A stretch of 64,000 nucleotides of DNA from Tubiluchus corallicola (taxonomy: Eukaryota; Animalia; Priapulida): contig JAQGDQ010000121.1 of NCBI GenBank assembly GCA_030141605.1, positions 186,001-250,000 on the forward strand. Reading direction: 5' to 3'. The translations under genes and the position numbers were made by a program. Shown piece after piece: positions 32,801 through 48,200 of the stretch. The notes beneath the pieces were generated by a model. The model had not been told where the DNA came from. It did not search any database and saw only the letters and a program-made list of their open reading frames with translations. Position 1 is the stretch's first letter, and each line of letters starts with the position of its first letter.

Positions 32801-34989
32801 GTGAAATGTCTTCAGGGAGCAAAACATTCAGTTCTTTCATACCGTGCAACTCTTGGCATTTTAAGAAGAAACAATAGACATTGCCTTTACAATAGCTTCT
32901 ATCTACTCAGCTCTTAAATTACAACCAATTCCATTAACAACATACTTTTTGATAGCTGCGTTTTTTTACTTTTTACTTAGTTATTATTCCTTGCTCCGAA
33001 CAAGGCAAAACGCTTTTTTTGTTGAAATGAATATGTTTTACAAAATCGCGGAATTATATTGTCGGTTTAGACTTTTTTTACATTCGCAAACTGTTTTCTT
33101 GCGTGAGCATGTGGTATTTGAACAGTAGCACTAGCTCACGTTCCCGCCATGCACCTGTTTAGGTCAAGTTACACAGGGACGCTTCTAACAAACATCTGGA
33201 TTTACCCCATCTGCATCCCAAATGTCAAGTTTTTTCGTCTTGTTACTAGTCAAATATTGTCTTGCACGTGTTTTTATGGGCACAAGAGAGTTGGACGCGT
33301 AAACAGTTATGCAGAGAGACGCGGTGGACAGAAGACGAAGACACGTGTTGTTTGCGATGAAAAGATTAAGAAGCACACCAGACTGATGTCTGTTTTAGAA
33401 CAACGGCGTCATATTAGTATAACTCTCAGACCAACGTTATTCTCTGTCACTTTGTGCATGATGTAAACATATTAGGAACGTATGAACTTATTGTGATGAT
33501 AATAGCATGCAGCTTCATTTTAACTATTAAATCAAATATATTTCACTCAAGTGATATCTTTCATATCATACATCACAAAACAAGTACGCTATGATAGATA
33601 AAATGTATTAAAAACTTTTTGGGAAAACGATTTGAATGACGTTTCCATTACTGGATATAATTCACAAGTACTTAAAGGATAGGACATGTCACTTAGCATG
33701 TTGGGTTTATTTTACTGATATCACTTAAACTTAAAAAGTTATAACAAAGAACCTTGCAAAAAGCTGTCTATAAAGTACAAAGTTAATCTGTATAACCACT
33801 ACAGTGAAATATTCAGACGCAGTGGCAGCCACAATTGAGTTGAAAGTAAACACGTTGCTCAAACGCTTTCTTTTTGTGACAATCGTTATCTATATAAAAA
33901 ATAAGTTCTTTGTGGTTTACAAACAGTATGATAGTTGATGCCAAAAAAACTAAACTTACTTTTACACTTACTTGCTTATTTAGGGTCATCTTCACTTATC
34001 TTTAACAAAATAAAACATCGGTTGACCTTGACCTTGCATGGTTATGCTTGGGTTAGATGTTATTGGATTATTGGGTTAAATTGGATTATTCTTTTGTATT
34101 TATTGTTGTTTCTTTCATTGAAGAAAGTCATTTGAATTACTTTTTCGGCTGAACCATTGAACGTTTCTAAATTACTTCCGTGAGATCCTTCGACAAACAG
34201 GCAGGAGTCAGTTTCTTTCAAACTGGTGAAATTCAATAATTTTAATGTGACTATGCCAGGCAGTTCTAGATTGCTATACTGTAGATTAGTAATTGACAAA
34301 CACAGGTTGGCAGCAAATTCATTATTCATGACTTGCTGAGTAGTGTGCAATTCGCAATGACCTTCGCAAGGCACTTGCGTTACAACACAAGTACTCACAC
34401 AGAATTCTGATACACAGCAGCCGCACAAAAGAGTTTGATTACTTGAACTCATTTATCGAAATTAATGGTTTCAGTGACAACACAGATGACATCTATTGTA
34501 TTAAATGTGCGGCTGAATTGCACATTATATCGTTCGTCTATTAAGTTTTTTACCCTGGTGCTTTGATGTCTGGAACATTTCCAATCTTTTGTAATGCATC
34601 TAGAGTAAATAGAGACTGGAGTTAGTATCAAGTGTTGGCAGAATTTGATCCACGTTTCATGTTGAAATTCGCTCAAACTTGACGCATCGCTCAAAATCTG
34701 ATCAGTTTTATTGGTGTAAGACAAACTCCATTTTCTTAATTGCTTGGCTTCAGTTCTTCGACATCCATCATCTACACAGCCGCTTACAACGGTCCATCAA
34801 AACCCACTGATAGAGAAAGAGGCTGGAGATTGCCTGTACACTACTCAAATATCGTCTTTAGATTGCCGCCAGCGCTAGCCACTGTGTGTGTGTGATAGCC
34901 CATAATTGATCAAATCATTAACATTTCTCCGTCGCTGTATTACGCTGACAAGCGGGTTCTCCTTCGTTGTATGTTAACTTATATGGGAA

Positions 34990-35060
34990 ATGGAGAGGCC
35001 TTGTACAAATAGGCTTCCTACTTTTACGAGGCTCCCCACTTTTACAATGTATTGAAACAT
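34990..35060 (+). mobile_element. Stem-loop resembling an L2/CR1-type LINE or SINE 3' tail
   Basis: GCCTTGTA (34998-35005) pairs with TACGAGGC (35025-35032) around an ATAGGC...CTTTT loop, flanked by GGAG/CTCC. Confidence 0.3.
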
Positions 35061-38000
35061 AGACTGAAGACATCACAGTGAGCTATTCTTAAAGATGAGT
35101 CACAGTAAAGGCACTATTCAATTGTATTTCTCCTTAAAGATGTATTGCGTTGAAGAATCGCATCAGGTACACTAATTAGCTGACCCTTTTTTGTGTTTGA
35201 TGGTCGTGGTTGTTGAACTCCAAATTTTGATCTGCAGTGCTCATAGAGAAAACTGCTTAACAAAGTAAAAGGTAGTGTGCCTACAGACGCAGTTAAAAAC
35301 CGCCAAAGCACTTCGCTTGCTACACGGCGTTTTTTCTACCCTGATTGTAAATGCCGGCTAAACTCCGTTTTGATTCAACGCCGGTTACCCAAACTTTTTT
35401 ATGAAAATGAATATTAATGTCAACCGCACGTTCCCGTAGTATACGCCATTAGAAAGTTAATTAATAATTAGAAACAAAGACTCATAGTTCTACTCTTTTG
35501 ACAGAAAATCATGTGCATGTCATGCGCATGGGTACATCAGCAGCAATCTTTATCGAAGAGAAAAGTGTGTTCAACTTTATTCACACGTGTGTCAGCAATT
35601 AAAATCCGCCCAAATGCAAATAACAACTAATTATAAAAAACTTTTTTCTCCTTTTTCTGTGCGACATGACATACCCACGTTTTCTATCGCCAGTAATTCA
35701 GATAATCTCATTAGAATAGACATTTTCATGTTTTGCATCTAGTCATCATTACTAATAATAGATTGTTCACACCACAAGTCGTTTACAAACCTGATCAACT
35801 GTATTGCTTAAAGAACAAGTAGCTTTATTCACTTTAACACAAAACATGAGACCTTTTTCAGTGAAACTAAAAATGTTGGTTTCACACGATGCTGACCAAT
35901 GATACACATGTGTGACATGAGGTACTGAGCGATTATAGCAGAAGACAAGGCATCGTAAGTGACAGGAACTTCAGTAACGATGAAGCAGTTTAGTTAGAAA
36001 GAGCAATCAACTGATCCCCCGGGAGAAAATCATGTGCCTCACAGAGCAACATGATGAGAGAACCAACTCTAATTGAGATGTTGGGTGATTCTACACGCCT
36101 AGCCTTTCTACGCTCTTGCGGATGAATTGACCGAACGGCTTGGCATCATCAGATTCTTAAATGTGCCAAATTTGTTCTCGTGCTAGTTTGTAGTCTCGCC
36201 ATTCATGTATGCAAAGTGGCAGTGAATAAAGTAATGACGTTGCTGACTATACGAGAACGGGAGCAGTTACTCGAATGCATGGTTTAAATTAAATCTGAGA
36301 GAGTTGGAAGTAGTTAATGATGTTAGGGGCGCTAGATATTTGCGGTTTGCATTATTTACGCACTACGAGGAAAATTCGCACCTTTTGACCATTGGTGAAT
36401 GTCACATCGTAGCGTGTTGCACAGCGGAACCAGTTGATGATCTCCAAAATGCAGCTGTAACCGCATCATGCGCTTTCATCATGCTATATAATTACGCAAA
36501 AGGTTCTGTAAAATGCACAAGATACCACAAGGCATATTAGTATATGATTATTATAGTAGTTTATACGAAGAATTCTTATTGAATGCCATTTTTATTTTAG
36601 CCAAACCGGAAAACAAAATAAAAGCAACGCAGGAGGGTAAACTTTCATACTAGTTTCTCCTTTTTATGCAATTTTCAAATAATAAAACAAAAAAATGAAA
36701 GAAGTTGTATAATCTCAACACTTTCAGTTTTGTAGTTTACTACATTTCGAATAAGAAACGTGTGTGCAAAACGTTGGTGGGAGGAGCTTTGCTGTCTACA
36801 ATTGATTTTAGATCAAATAAGCTTGGTGGTATGGAAGGTGTAAGTATGCAAGCATTAAAACACATGTGTATGAAGACTAATATAGCAAATTCAGAAATTA
36901 CTAAACCAAGAGAGATGCAGAGTGGGGTCGCATTTGGAAAAGAATGTATAAATCTAAAATTTTGATGATAGTCTAAGTTAATTATTAAGCATTTGGATTG
37001 GGTGAATTCTATACTGACAATACTGCATTACTTTCGGTTGCACTCTGGAACAAACAGTGTTACCTATCAGTTACAGACCTTCATAGACAAAAGCGTATCG
37101 TGTTCTGCAAAATTAAAATGTGCACGAACAGATTTTTATCAAGGAAATTGTCATGCTAAATATTGAAAGCCTTGTTGCGCATCCATTAACCAAATCGATG
37201 ATGCCTCGATGAATAAAAATGTCCGGGGAAGCTGTTTTACAACGAGGTCGAATTTCAAACATGATTTGATCAAGAAGCCACGGTATTTTGACAATCGCTG
37301 AATTACAAAATTTACTGGGGAATAAATTACAGACGAGTATGAAAATTAGTTAAGCAAGCGGAAATCTTCGAAGTTTTACTTGCGCAGAGAAGAAAAATAT
37401 GAATTTTAGAGAGTAGACTTACTACCACAGGACGAAATTTAAAGAAAATGAGTGCTAGAATAGTTACTCAAGAAGAGCGGTATATAACTGAATTTGAGCG
37501 TTTTTCAAATTCAATGAATTCGATTCACTTGTCAACATACGTAAGTTGCACAAAGACCTGTTTCCGTAATAGATAGTGGGGAAAAATGTATAGGCTCTAT
37601 ACACTTCGTATGAAATGCCACTATTAATCCCACAAGTTTTTGATTTTGGAAAACACGCTATAGGGTATAAAAAATTATGAAATGAAATTAAGAAGCACAA
37701 ATTGAACAACAAAGAAGTAAATTAAGTTATTTAATACCAAATAAAAGATTTTCTAAAATCTTCAAAATCTAAAGACTTGACTGTACGTGTTTCTTTCCAA
37801 ATTTCTTTATACTCGTAACACAGTTGCGATGCGATACAAGATTTGTATGACATGTTCTACCTACTATATAATAATGCCTCAACTGCCAGAGTAGTTTAAC
37901 AATCGTAATTACATATATGTACGAGCTTCTCCATTAAATTTTGTGCGAACTAATGGGAAGCCAAATTATAGTCTTCATTCAGATAATTTAAATATTAAAT

Positions 38001-39176
38001 ATTTAATAATAATTTATGTGAAATCATCACTAGTGTAGAACTTGAAAAATTTGAATTATATATTATGTAATTATAGCGCAATTATAAACTTTGTTTTCGC
38101 CAGTGAGTCAATCATTTTACGAGCCATAAATACAATATTACAGTTCAAATCAAGCAGCAATCGCTAACGATTAAGACAGCAAAGTTTGCATGCCAGGTTT
38201 GCATGCATATAATTTTTAACCATTTCGTCTATACTTTGTGTGCTCATTTTGAAACTAAAGTATTCTTTCCAATATTTTCGCAAATTGTCTGTGGAATTCT
38301 TCGTCATATTGCACAGCCTCTTGTTACTACTATGAAAGAGAAAATGTGGCTCCGTTCCGTGTTGACAAATCGGTGTTCGTTTCTTTTAAGCCCTTTGCTG
38401 GCGCAAATAGTTCGGCCTTGTAGCGATTATTGCTTTGAGCCATTAAGAACCATATAAGAATAATTTCCGCATGTTTGATGAATTAAATATATTAGTAGGA
38501 GTGCTAGAATGATGGAAGCTAATCCATGACTACTTGTACAAAAGGGAATAGGCCTACATATGCATAAAAATAACATGACTGACTGAATTCTTGCATGAGG
38601 ATAGAACAAATGGAAAGGAAGATAATGGACTAAAAAACAAAAACGCAATAATGCGGTGCGACTAAAATGGCGATTGTTGTGAGAAGCGCAAAGCGACGTA
38701 AAGTAACTTAATGCGAACGGTTAGCATGATTGCGATAAATGTAATCTTAAATATATAGCATAACATGATCCTAATATAACACAATATTATGGACCACACT
38801 ACACCAGAAACAACAGACGTAGTGTAACATCATCTTAAAGTGTTAATCATTTTAGCTTTGTTTCATGCGAAGCTGTGCATTACACATTTACAGCAGACAG
38901 TAGCAGTGCAGGCTAGTGTAACAGAACGATATAGAAACATGACACGCACTATTTCAAATAGTGCGACAAGACTGAAAGACTGAAGCTAATGTACACAAGT
39001 ATATAGCTTATCTTATACATCGATATAATAATGAGATTTTACAACGTTTTAAATTTCTTAATGCCTTATAAATGGTCTGCACCTATAATGATTATAGTGA
39101 AGATGCACATGGTTAATGTAGGTTCATAAAGACCAAAATGTTTTCATTCGATTCTGGTTAGAGCCGTATGGAAGCC

Positions 39177-39189
39177 ACACACACACGCA

Positions 39190-39221
<32 letters not shown>

Positions 39222-39251
39222 CACACACGCACAAACACACACACACACACA
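39177..39251. repeat. (CA)n/(CGCA)n microsatellite
   Basis: Direct reading. Confidence 0.95.
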
Positions 39252-42200
39252 TATATGTAAAACAAGAGCACAACGCTAATTAGAAAACAAGCTTCTTCAG
39301 TGCCCAACTGCGGGTGACGTCACGGCTCCTATAATAGGCTAGCTCAATTAGGCATATTTGATGAATAAGCCCGGCGTTTTGTGGAGACACTTTGTAGTGC
39401 TGGAAAACCTCTTTTATGACGCTTTCAGACAAATTTATATAAGCGCTTAATGTGGCGGCATGCACAGACTTGACCTATTTATTATGTTCGTAAAAATAAG
39501 CGTCTGGTTTGTCGAGTTAATTAGAAATGTATTAGAAAGCTTAATTATGACATTACTGGGCCAGAATAAAGAGAGTATAAAACAGTCCCACGTTGATTCA
39601 TAATGCTGCAGACGTATTGCAGTTTTAATACACAAGTTTGCATCTTAACTGGACGCCGGCGCAAATATACATTATCCTGATTTATATTCGAACTGCTTAA
39701 TGCTGCAATTGATGGAATATTCCAGAACATTATCCCATGCGAAGTGACTTGATATGGAAGACCATAAAGTTTTAATGTGCTATAAGGAGATTGGCTTCAG
39801 CGAGGAAGAAGAGAATGTAGGTCTAACGGGCATCCAAGACGCGAGTGGACAGGATTAGAGGTCGATTGCTTTTGGGACCTTCACCAGCTGTTTTTGTACA
39901 AAAGGAATTTCGACTATTACAGCCAAGCGTTCTGTCATGCGTCTTTCATAGGATATATTCACAGAATATATGGTTTATGTAAGGCAGTTCATTTTTCTTT
40001 TCTATTTTTTGAGATTTGTTTATCAAATCTAATTTTAACGATAATGAGCGGGACCAACATTAGATTAATTATTCTAGCGAAACGTTTTAAGGCCGGGACT
40101 GGTAATTGTGCACATGTACTTAACAAAAAGATGCAAACTCCCACAAAACCGAACAGTTGTCTCTTTCAAAGCAGTTTAAATGGCAATTGCACGAAATGCG
40201 GCGACAGATTTAGCAAAATGTGCAAACATATCTGAGAAAAATTCAACTTCCTTGTTTACACAAACAACATCTATATCGTTTGTCACTCGTTAAACTGCGG
40301 TTAGAACTCAGTTGGGACTCCTTATGAAGCAATTTTAGTCAGACTTCAATATGATCACGTGACATCATAGCGTTTCGCATTATCAAATGAAACTTTATTT
40401 ATATATTGTTCACACAAACTGATTAGTGACGTTTGAGAGAAAGTACACGAGGAGTTTGGATTCTGCAGCTTGCTGGGAATCTCCGAGTGTGCTGTAAACG
40501 ACAATGGTGAAACTTTTATTTGTTTTATTTTGTAGCTTATTTTAATATTGTAGTATCATCAACATACCCAGACGCTATATAATAGACCTCGCCAACACAC
40601 TGAGGTCTAATTTCTTTTGAGTAAAGTTGTTGTGAAAAGGTAAATTAACATACTGAAGAAAAACTGATGACTCCAAGTCGTAGTAAGAATTTACGTACTT
40701 ATATAAGCCTAATATTCGCTCAAACAATTTGTTAACTCAAACAACAGAGATGCCTATTTTTCATTATCAGTTATTAGATAATATTCGTGATTAATTAATT
40801 AATTAATTATATGTATATTACTTCTTTATTTAGTTAAGAATGACTATTTTTAATATAGTATAACAGTATAGTAAAATTGTACAATAGGCTGAGAATAAAC
40901 AGTACTTGATGGCAACTATTAACCATCCAGTAAAATTTATGAAAATGTGTGCTTTGTCAAAGATCTGCCCGGATAGAGAGGACGAATAAACTACGTGTTT
41001 TTATGATCCGCGAATATTCCATCCAACACTATAACGGTGTAACCAACTTAGAATAAAAGCGCAATGTAGACATGCTTTAGCATTAACAAAACACACAGAA
41101 AAGCAGCTCTTAGGAAGCACATACCAAAGACTGTATTTCTGTGATGTCACTGACATACAGCTTAAACGATATTGATTTTTAGTACTTTTTTTGAGACGAA
41201 AGTGTTTAGTTCTGAATATGTAGGCGCTAGTTCTAGTAATATTATAATTTTATAAGTTGTACTTGGCTAACAAAAAGGGTACTTCTACAGGAATTTCAAA
41301 AATAATTTTTTTTCGAGTTTGCTTTCACATTTCGCTTTTTTTCATTGTACTTCCTATTCATTTAATTTTGGGTTAGTTTTTCGAAAGTAATTTTTGGAAA
41401 ACTACTTCAATTAATTAATAGCTAAAAACAAGAAAAACCTTGCTGCTCTTCTGACAACAACTCAAAAGTTATTGCAATCTAACAAATTGAAAAACGTCAT
41501 TTTATGATCCAAAAAGCAAAATATTTTTAGCCTACCCATATTAACGCATGTTGACAGCCTAGAGATCCATCAACCCACTATTTTTGAATACAAGATGGAT
41601 TAAAAATACTTACCAAAGATTAGGCAAGCTGTTGACGGCGATAAAGCGGTAAAATGTCACATACGCGCGGCAAGAATCCTCTCACTTTCCAAACATTACG
41701 ATATGAAAACAAGAAAAATACCGTCTTTATTGAACGCCAAACTATAATAAATACACCGTTTTTTTGTAAATGTACTAATTGTTTCAACTGTTTTGCATTG
41801 AATGTTCAATATCAATGTTTGAAAACACGCTTATTGTCTCAACGTTTACTGTGTTTTTCAAGTGTAAGAATTTTGAACAGCCGGTAACACATGATCACAC
41901 CAGCTTAACACACGGCTGAGTGATACGCTTGGATTTGTTCTTTACTCATATATCAAACATCTTGTAGAAAACGCTCTGCTGTCCCTGGAGGCGAGAGGCG
42001 TATCACGACTATCACTAGATGACAAAGGCAACCCCCGCAGCTTGTCTGCTTTTCGTACCAGTGATCTCCCTTATTATTTTACGACTTCTAAAAACTTTAA
42101 TGAGCACGTGTGACGCAACAGTTTGTTTTTTTGCCACAGAGGTCGTGAACGAGCATCATGCACACTGCAAAGGTCTACCACTGATTACAACGGTGCTACA

Positions 42201-45200
42201 GTGATTCACGTGAGATTTAAACAGCATGAATTTGGGTCTTATAAATGTGTGAACAGAAAAGGCTTTCATTATAGAATTGTCATCAGAGGTAAAGGCTTAA
42301 TTAGGTGTAGGTTGTACAGTGCTGATCGCCATGTGTGGTCCCAGTGAGCGTTGAATGTACTGCGTCTATAGAGTATGTTATTAAATAACAATCACAAAAC
42401 AAGCCTAGCAGTTCAATTTTGCAGTTTTCTCCATAGAACCACAAGTAAAATCTCGAGTGAGACAGAACATCACCTAATCATAAAATCGTAATTGATGTCA
42501 ATAAATCACAAAATTGCCAATAACGAGATTAATAAACGCAGAATTTTCATCATTCATTAAATTGGCGCGCGTTTGTAGATCGAATCGATGGATGTTTATT
42601 ATACCTGCTTCTGACTGTAATCGAAAATTCTCTGTATAACCGTGTGCGTTATAGTGCAACTTTTCATCAAAACTTACAGGCAATGAAAATGGCTGAATGG
42701 TCACGGTATCTGATTTTGCAAGTAAAGTTAAGCAACGATCCTCTCGGTTATTAACTGGCTGGACGACAACTAGGACAAATTGCGTGGTTCTATCTGCCTT
42801 ACAGCCTTCGTCTATTTTCTCGTTGAAGAAGGATGTACACACATTAGAACCTGGCTAACTTATCTCTGGCTAGTTCAGGCCTCATTCTAAGCCGATTGTT
42901 TTTGATAATTATTAGACAGTTCAAGTACTGCTGCGATTGTCAACATAAAACCGGCTTTTATTGTGCCGAACTGCACAAAAAATAAAAATACCGTTAATTC
43001 AAAAACACAAGTTATTCATGAATGGATACTTAATTAAAATATACAAAGCACAAAGATTAGATACAACAACAGAAACAATTATTCTGAATGTACAGCAGCA
43101 CATAAAATATAATTGATTACAAAACACAAGTTGTTCATTAGTAGGTGCTTGATTGAAAAGACAATGCCCAATAGATAATTTAAAATACAATTATGGTCAA
43201 TTATACATACAATCAATTAGAGAAGAATGAGAAAAATGTGTAAACCTGTGTCTTGTGTAAACTTTTCAAATTTCAAACTTTCGCATGAAAGGTTGCACCG
43301 TGGCGTGCACATTACCCGGATTTTCCGGCTGTAAACATTATTCCTCGACTCGATAACTTCGTACTTTCAGACGACGTTGGGCAAATAAATTTGTCAATAG
43401 AATATCGATTATACCCCCATCAGGGCTCAGTTACATGGTTTATCTAGTGCCTGATATCTGTCAGTGGTTTCTGACTGTGGGCTTCAAACATGTGCAGCAG
43501 ATCAAACATTAGATATGCCATAAAACATTTGCTGAGGAAATCATCATGTTGCCATTATGACGTTCTCGTCAAAGATTCAGACAGATTGTTTTAATGATAT
43601 TCGGCTTTGGACTTGTAAACGTTTTGATCTAAATTCTGCCTTGATGAAATCGTGCTCTAATTGAGTTCTGATCTGAGAGTTATTATTGACGGCTTAACTT
43701 ACAGTTTTATGACTGTTGCTGCTGCTGCTGCTGTTGCTGCTTGTGTGGCTGACGGCCAATCATAATGTTAACAAATAAGAAAAAGAAAAAAGCAAATAAG
43801 AAATATAAAGACAAAGTACAGGGAGGAAAAGAAAAAAGTGAGAAACGAAAACAATAAACGCGGCGAAAGAGAAATGAGAACGAAAAAGAAAACAGTGAAC
43901 AAAAAGGACGCGAAGAAGAAGATGATGGTTACATCGGGGGCACACCTCACACAGTAACTGCAGTCAGTGCAGTGGTTGTGAAGGTGGCCGTAGTGAGAAG
44001 GATGATAATGATGATGACAGTGGCGATGATGGCAAAATATTTGACTATATTTTACTGAGCATAGGAGTAATTGTAAACACTAATTATTATAACCTTGTGC
44101 GTGTATCATTTTAAAATCAAATTCATTCAGACAAGTTAATAGCACATAAAGTACTGTAAAACGGATTTTACTTTATGCATTAAACTGTTGCTTTGTTGAC
44201 TGCATTTTGCAGCAATTTAATTTCAACAACAATTTAGCTAAAATGCATTTTATTGCTGACGAGCCGCGGCGCGATTATATTTTATCCTCTTATCAAAAGT
44301 GCATTAAATGATTAAAGCTGCATAAACATTCAGAAGTTTATAAATTATATTAAGATGTGGTCGAGGAGCGCAGAAACCTCTCAAGAGCATAACCAGTTTC
44401 ATCGCTGCTTGTTTATTAATAAAATTCATTTAACGAGTAGCCCAATTTTGGCGACTTATTTTCTTCATTAAAAATACTAATCAATCGCCAGAGGGGGCGA
44501 CGGTCGCTGGAATTGCTAATTGGCAAAAATGTCAAGCTCGCTCTGGGTCCCAATGATGACACGCATGCTAATTAAGAGGAATTAATTTGGATAATTATAG
44601 TTTTATGTGTGCGCTGTTAATTGCGATGACTAATCAGTTATAGGTCAACTTCAACTAGGACTACTAATTAATATCGAATAACAAAGATGCACTAAGTAAG
44701 AAGGCAATCAAGGAAACTTTGTATAGTCGTATTTACAGCAACACTGCAAAGCAGCTTTCGAATGTGCCTTTGAGAGTTTTTTGCAAATATTTCTTGATTG
44801 AAATAAAAGCTTAATCAAATTATTTTTTTCAAATTCAACTCATTTCACGTCAACCCAACCTCAACATCTACACATACTCAACCCCATATCATCTCAACCC
44901 AACCCTTCATTACCCAACTCACCCGTCTTTAGCTCCTCTTACGTATATTGCAAGTTGTTTTTCATTTATTATTTTTTAACTTTCCTATTATAATACATCA
45001 ATGGACCAAAGTCAAGAGATCAGTCTGTATGCAATAGTCTTATAACTTGACTTTTTTACCCTGTTTACCTTTCCTTACTTTTCTTTGGTCTTATTTTTAC
45101 TTCACCTTGTCGTGACTTTCTGTTTCTATGAGATAAAAATACATCTAACGATTCATTCTGTTTTATCTTGTCATTGGAATAGGTGTTTTGTCGATCACTC

Positions 45201-48200
45201 TCTTATTAGGTTCTTTAGCTATATTGACTTCTAAGCATGTCTTAATTATAAGTACTGTCTATTATTAAAAACTGCGTGCATGTAATACATACATGCCTGG
45301 GTAGAAATCTGATCATTAATTTAGTCAAGAAGAATTCTATACAGAATGATTCGTGTGAACGCACGAATTCGACTGCATAGTTCGAATACAAGTGCGCAGG
45401 TTTAACTAGTTATTTTCATACTAAGGCAAACTGACCAGCGACACCATCGGTTAAGATTTTTAAAAAATAATGGCAGAACTAAATTAAAACTTTTTATTTA
45501 GCAATTAATTATCAATGTATATTGTGCTCATAAATTATATTAAAATATACAGTTACCTAAGAAATTTTGAGATGATGGAGACTTGTTCTATGACACTCGG
45601 AAAGTCATTTTTATCATTTAGCTTTTTCATTTTTATCATTTTTGACAGTAAAGTTTGGGTCTGACTGTGAGTGACTTCGTGGAGCTTTTTCAAGGTTTTG
45701 ATTTTTTTACAAAGGTATTTCAAGTTGGATCTGCATAACACTCAAAACAGCACGGGAAACAATTAATTTTATTGGGATTTATGACTTTTTTGGTCATTTT
45801 GTATAGCTGACTACTGCATTCTACTTGATTTGGCACATTTAAAAATTTATTACAGATGATAAAAATTTGTAAATCTTTTTTCTTTCTTTCAAAAATCTCC
45901 ACCGCTGCATCTGTCTGTCCGATTCTACAATAATAATCGTCCCTGAATGATCTCCGTTAGTGGTTGTGTTATCTGTGGTAGTCAAGGAAACTCCTTCCCC
46001 TTTCCAAAGCATGTAAAGTCATTATAACATCTCTATTCAAGACTCCCGTCGTTAAGATGTGTTTGTCTACCAGCGTCTGACTCTGCCACAGGTGTATGAT
46101 GACCCCCTGCCGAATCGCTAACCACTATTTTATACCTGGTACCAATTTGTATATTACACGAGTGAATTATGTTTCAAATATTACCAGAGATTTATAATAC
46201 TTGTATTCTGAGTATATTACGAAGGAGCTATAAAGACTAGTATTCTCCCTGCCCACTGGAGTGAAAGTTATGTGAAAGCTCCCTGAGTTTTATGGATGTA
46301 CGTTCTCTTAAGTCGCGTATAGTAACATTTATTGTAAATTATATGGTTAGGCTTAGTCAGGCTCCTTCTAACTGGTGACAACAATAGATAGCCCAAACCT
46401 ATCTAATTTAAATACCAAAAAATTAGAATCTGTTAACGCTATTCAAACTATATTGAACTATTGATAAGTAAAAATGGTAAGTAAAAGGTAAGATAGCAGC
46501 TGTAATGGCACAAAGTGCCACTGGTAGAGCCGAAAACGGCAACGGTGGTAACAGAAGCATCACTATCGCAAAAGGAGGGAAAGTAGCAGTAAAAGAGCTG
46601 CTAATTCACTATTCACTATCGTCGTCATAAAATAAAATCTGGTACAATAGCCAAAAGTATATTTAGTATCGACCCTTTTCAGTCGAGATCGAAGGGCAAG
46701 AAGCTGGGAAAAATAACAAAGATTCTTATATCGCACAGGAGAAGATAAACAGCCACAGGCGCACTCAACTATAGAAACATTTTTTATTGCGATTCTGAGA
46801 GGGTTGCGTTAAGCAAATGCGATTCACCGCAGGGCTGTTACAATGTTCCTTGACCTCCGCGCAGACGAATCTGCGCAGTGGCACTGCTCATTAAGACGAA
46901 TAAAAAAATCGAATTTATATCGCAAACTAATCGTGTCGCTCGAGTTCACTGAGTTCACCCTGGAAACTGTGATTGAAATTACCGATCTGTCGCCGTCATT
47001 AATATCATGCATAGGCGCAATAACGTACACCATCCTTGCCCAGTGCAATAACGTGTACCATTTGTCCAGCACGGCAAATTTCTCTATCAAGAGTTTCCAA
47101 TATCAATCAAAAAGTCACAGATTTTTACTAAACTGGTTCAGGGTTCACCTGCTTTCGCTGGAACTAATTATTTCCATTAAATAAAGTGACGTGTCTTAAA
47201 AATGATTTCAACTTACCATCACGCTTGGTAGCACTTTTCCGAATTTTCCGGCGTTTTGTAACAATTAGGCACAGCGCTGCGCGTGCCAAGGCATTGAACT
47301 AGTAAACTGTGACAAATGTGCGAAAGTCTTGAAAAGGAAAGGGTTGAAGAAGTGTTGAACAAAGGGTCGAACAATTGTGTGGAACACGATCTCCATCGGC
47401 CTGTAGCAAATCCAGCTGTTTAAGCAGAAAGAATTCTGCCATTTTGTGATTGATAGCCTCGATAATGTTGCACCTTGCAGCAGACAATTTCACTATAACT
47501 CATTCATAAACCCTGCAGCTTCAGCCGGTATGACATTTTACCTGTGAGATAGTTGATAACTGCAGGTTACGTGAAAAGAATTTCACTTAGATTTCTACTT
47601 GTCGTAATTCAAGCTTCAAACCAGTTTTCCGGCATCGCTTTGTGTATTTTTTAGGCTCATTATATTTCTCACGACTTTAGTTCTTACTGTCATTTACCAA
47701 ACGAGTCGACACATCTTGATATACAATAATTACATACGACCACAAATTTTCCACATTACTAGTTTAGGATGTCCCACAATTCTGGATTGCTAGGTTGTGA
47801 TAGGGATTGTGAAAATCAGCCATCTTAAAAGTGTCCGTCTTACAACCATATTTCATATGCAAATTAATCTTGGAATCACTACATTATGTAATACACTGTT
47901 TAAAAGAATTCAGTTATCAGTAATATTTTATACGGAGTTTAAAACGAGTTTTGAAATGGGAATAATAAATTGAAAAATTAATGCCCTGATTCCATGATGA
48001 GCCTTTTATTATAAGCCAACATTACAAATACATGTTATGTTCAATAAATGGGCAACAAAAGAGGTTTAATGGAGCACATACCGATGAGCAAGAGGCGGTG
48101 AGATTGGACTTCATGTCAGGGTTAAAAGTGCGATTTCGCAATCACAAAATCACGTTAATACATGCCTTAAATATTGAATCGCGCAGGGGTAGAATGGTGA

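Noticed and set aside
34023-34724. TGACCTTGACCT (DR0) and two adjacent minus-strand ORFs as a transposase remnant
   Set aside because: No recognisable transposase motif, terminal repeats or target-site duplication; the DR0 alone is not enough.
37060-37460. Coding-like composition, possible pseudogene
   Set aside because: The frames I translated are broken by stops and show no identifiable protein motif.
46030-46140. tRNA/SINE-like A-box on the minus strand; also a B-box-like GGTTCAAAGC at ~56585
   Set aside because: A and B boxes do not occur together at the right spacing, and there is no cloverleaf.
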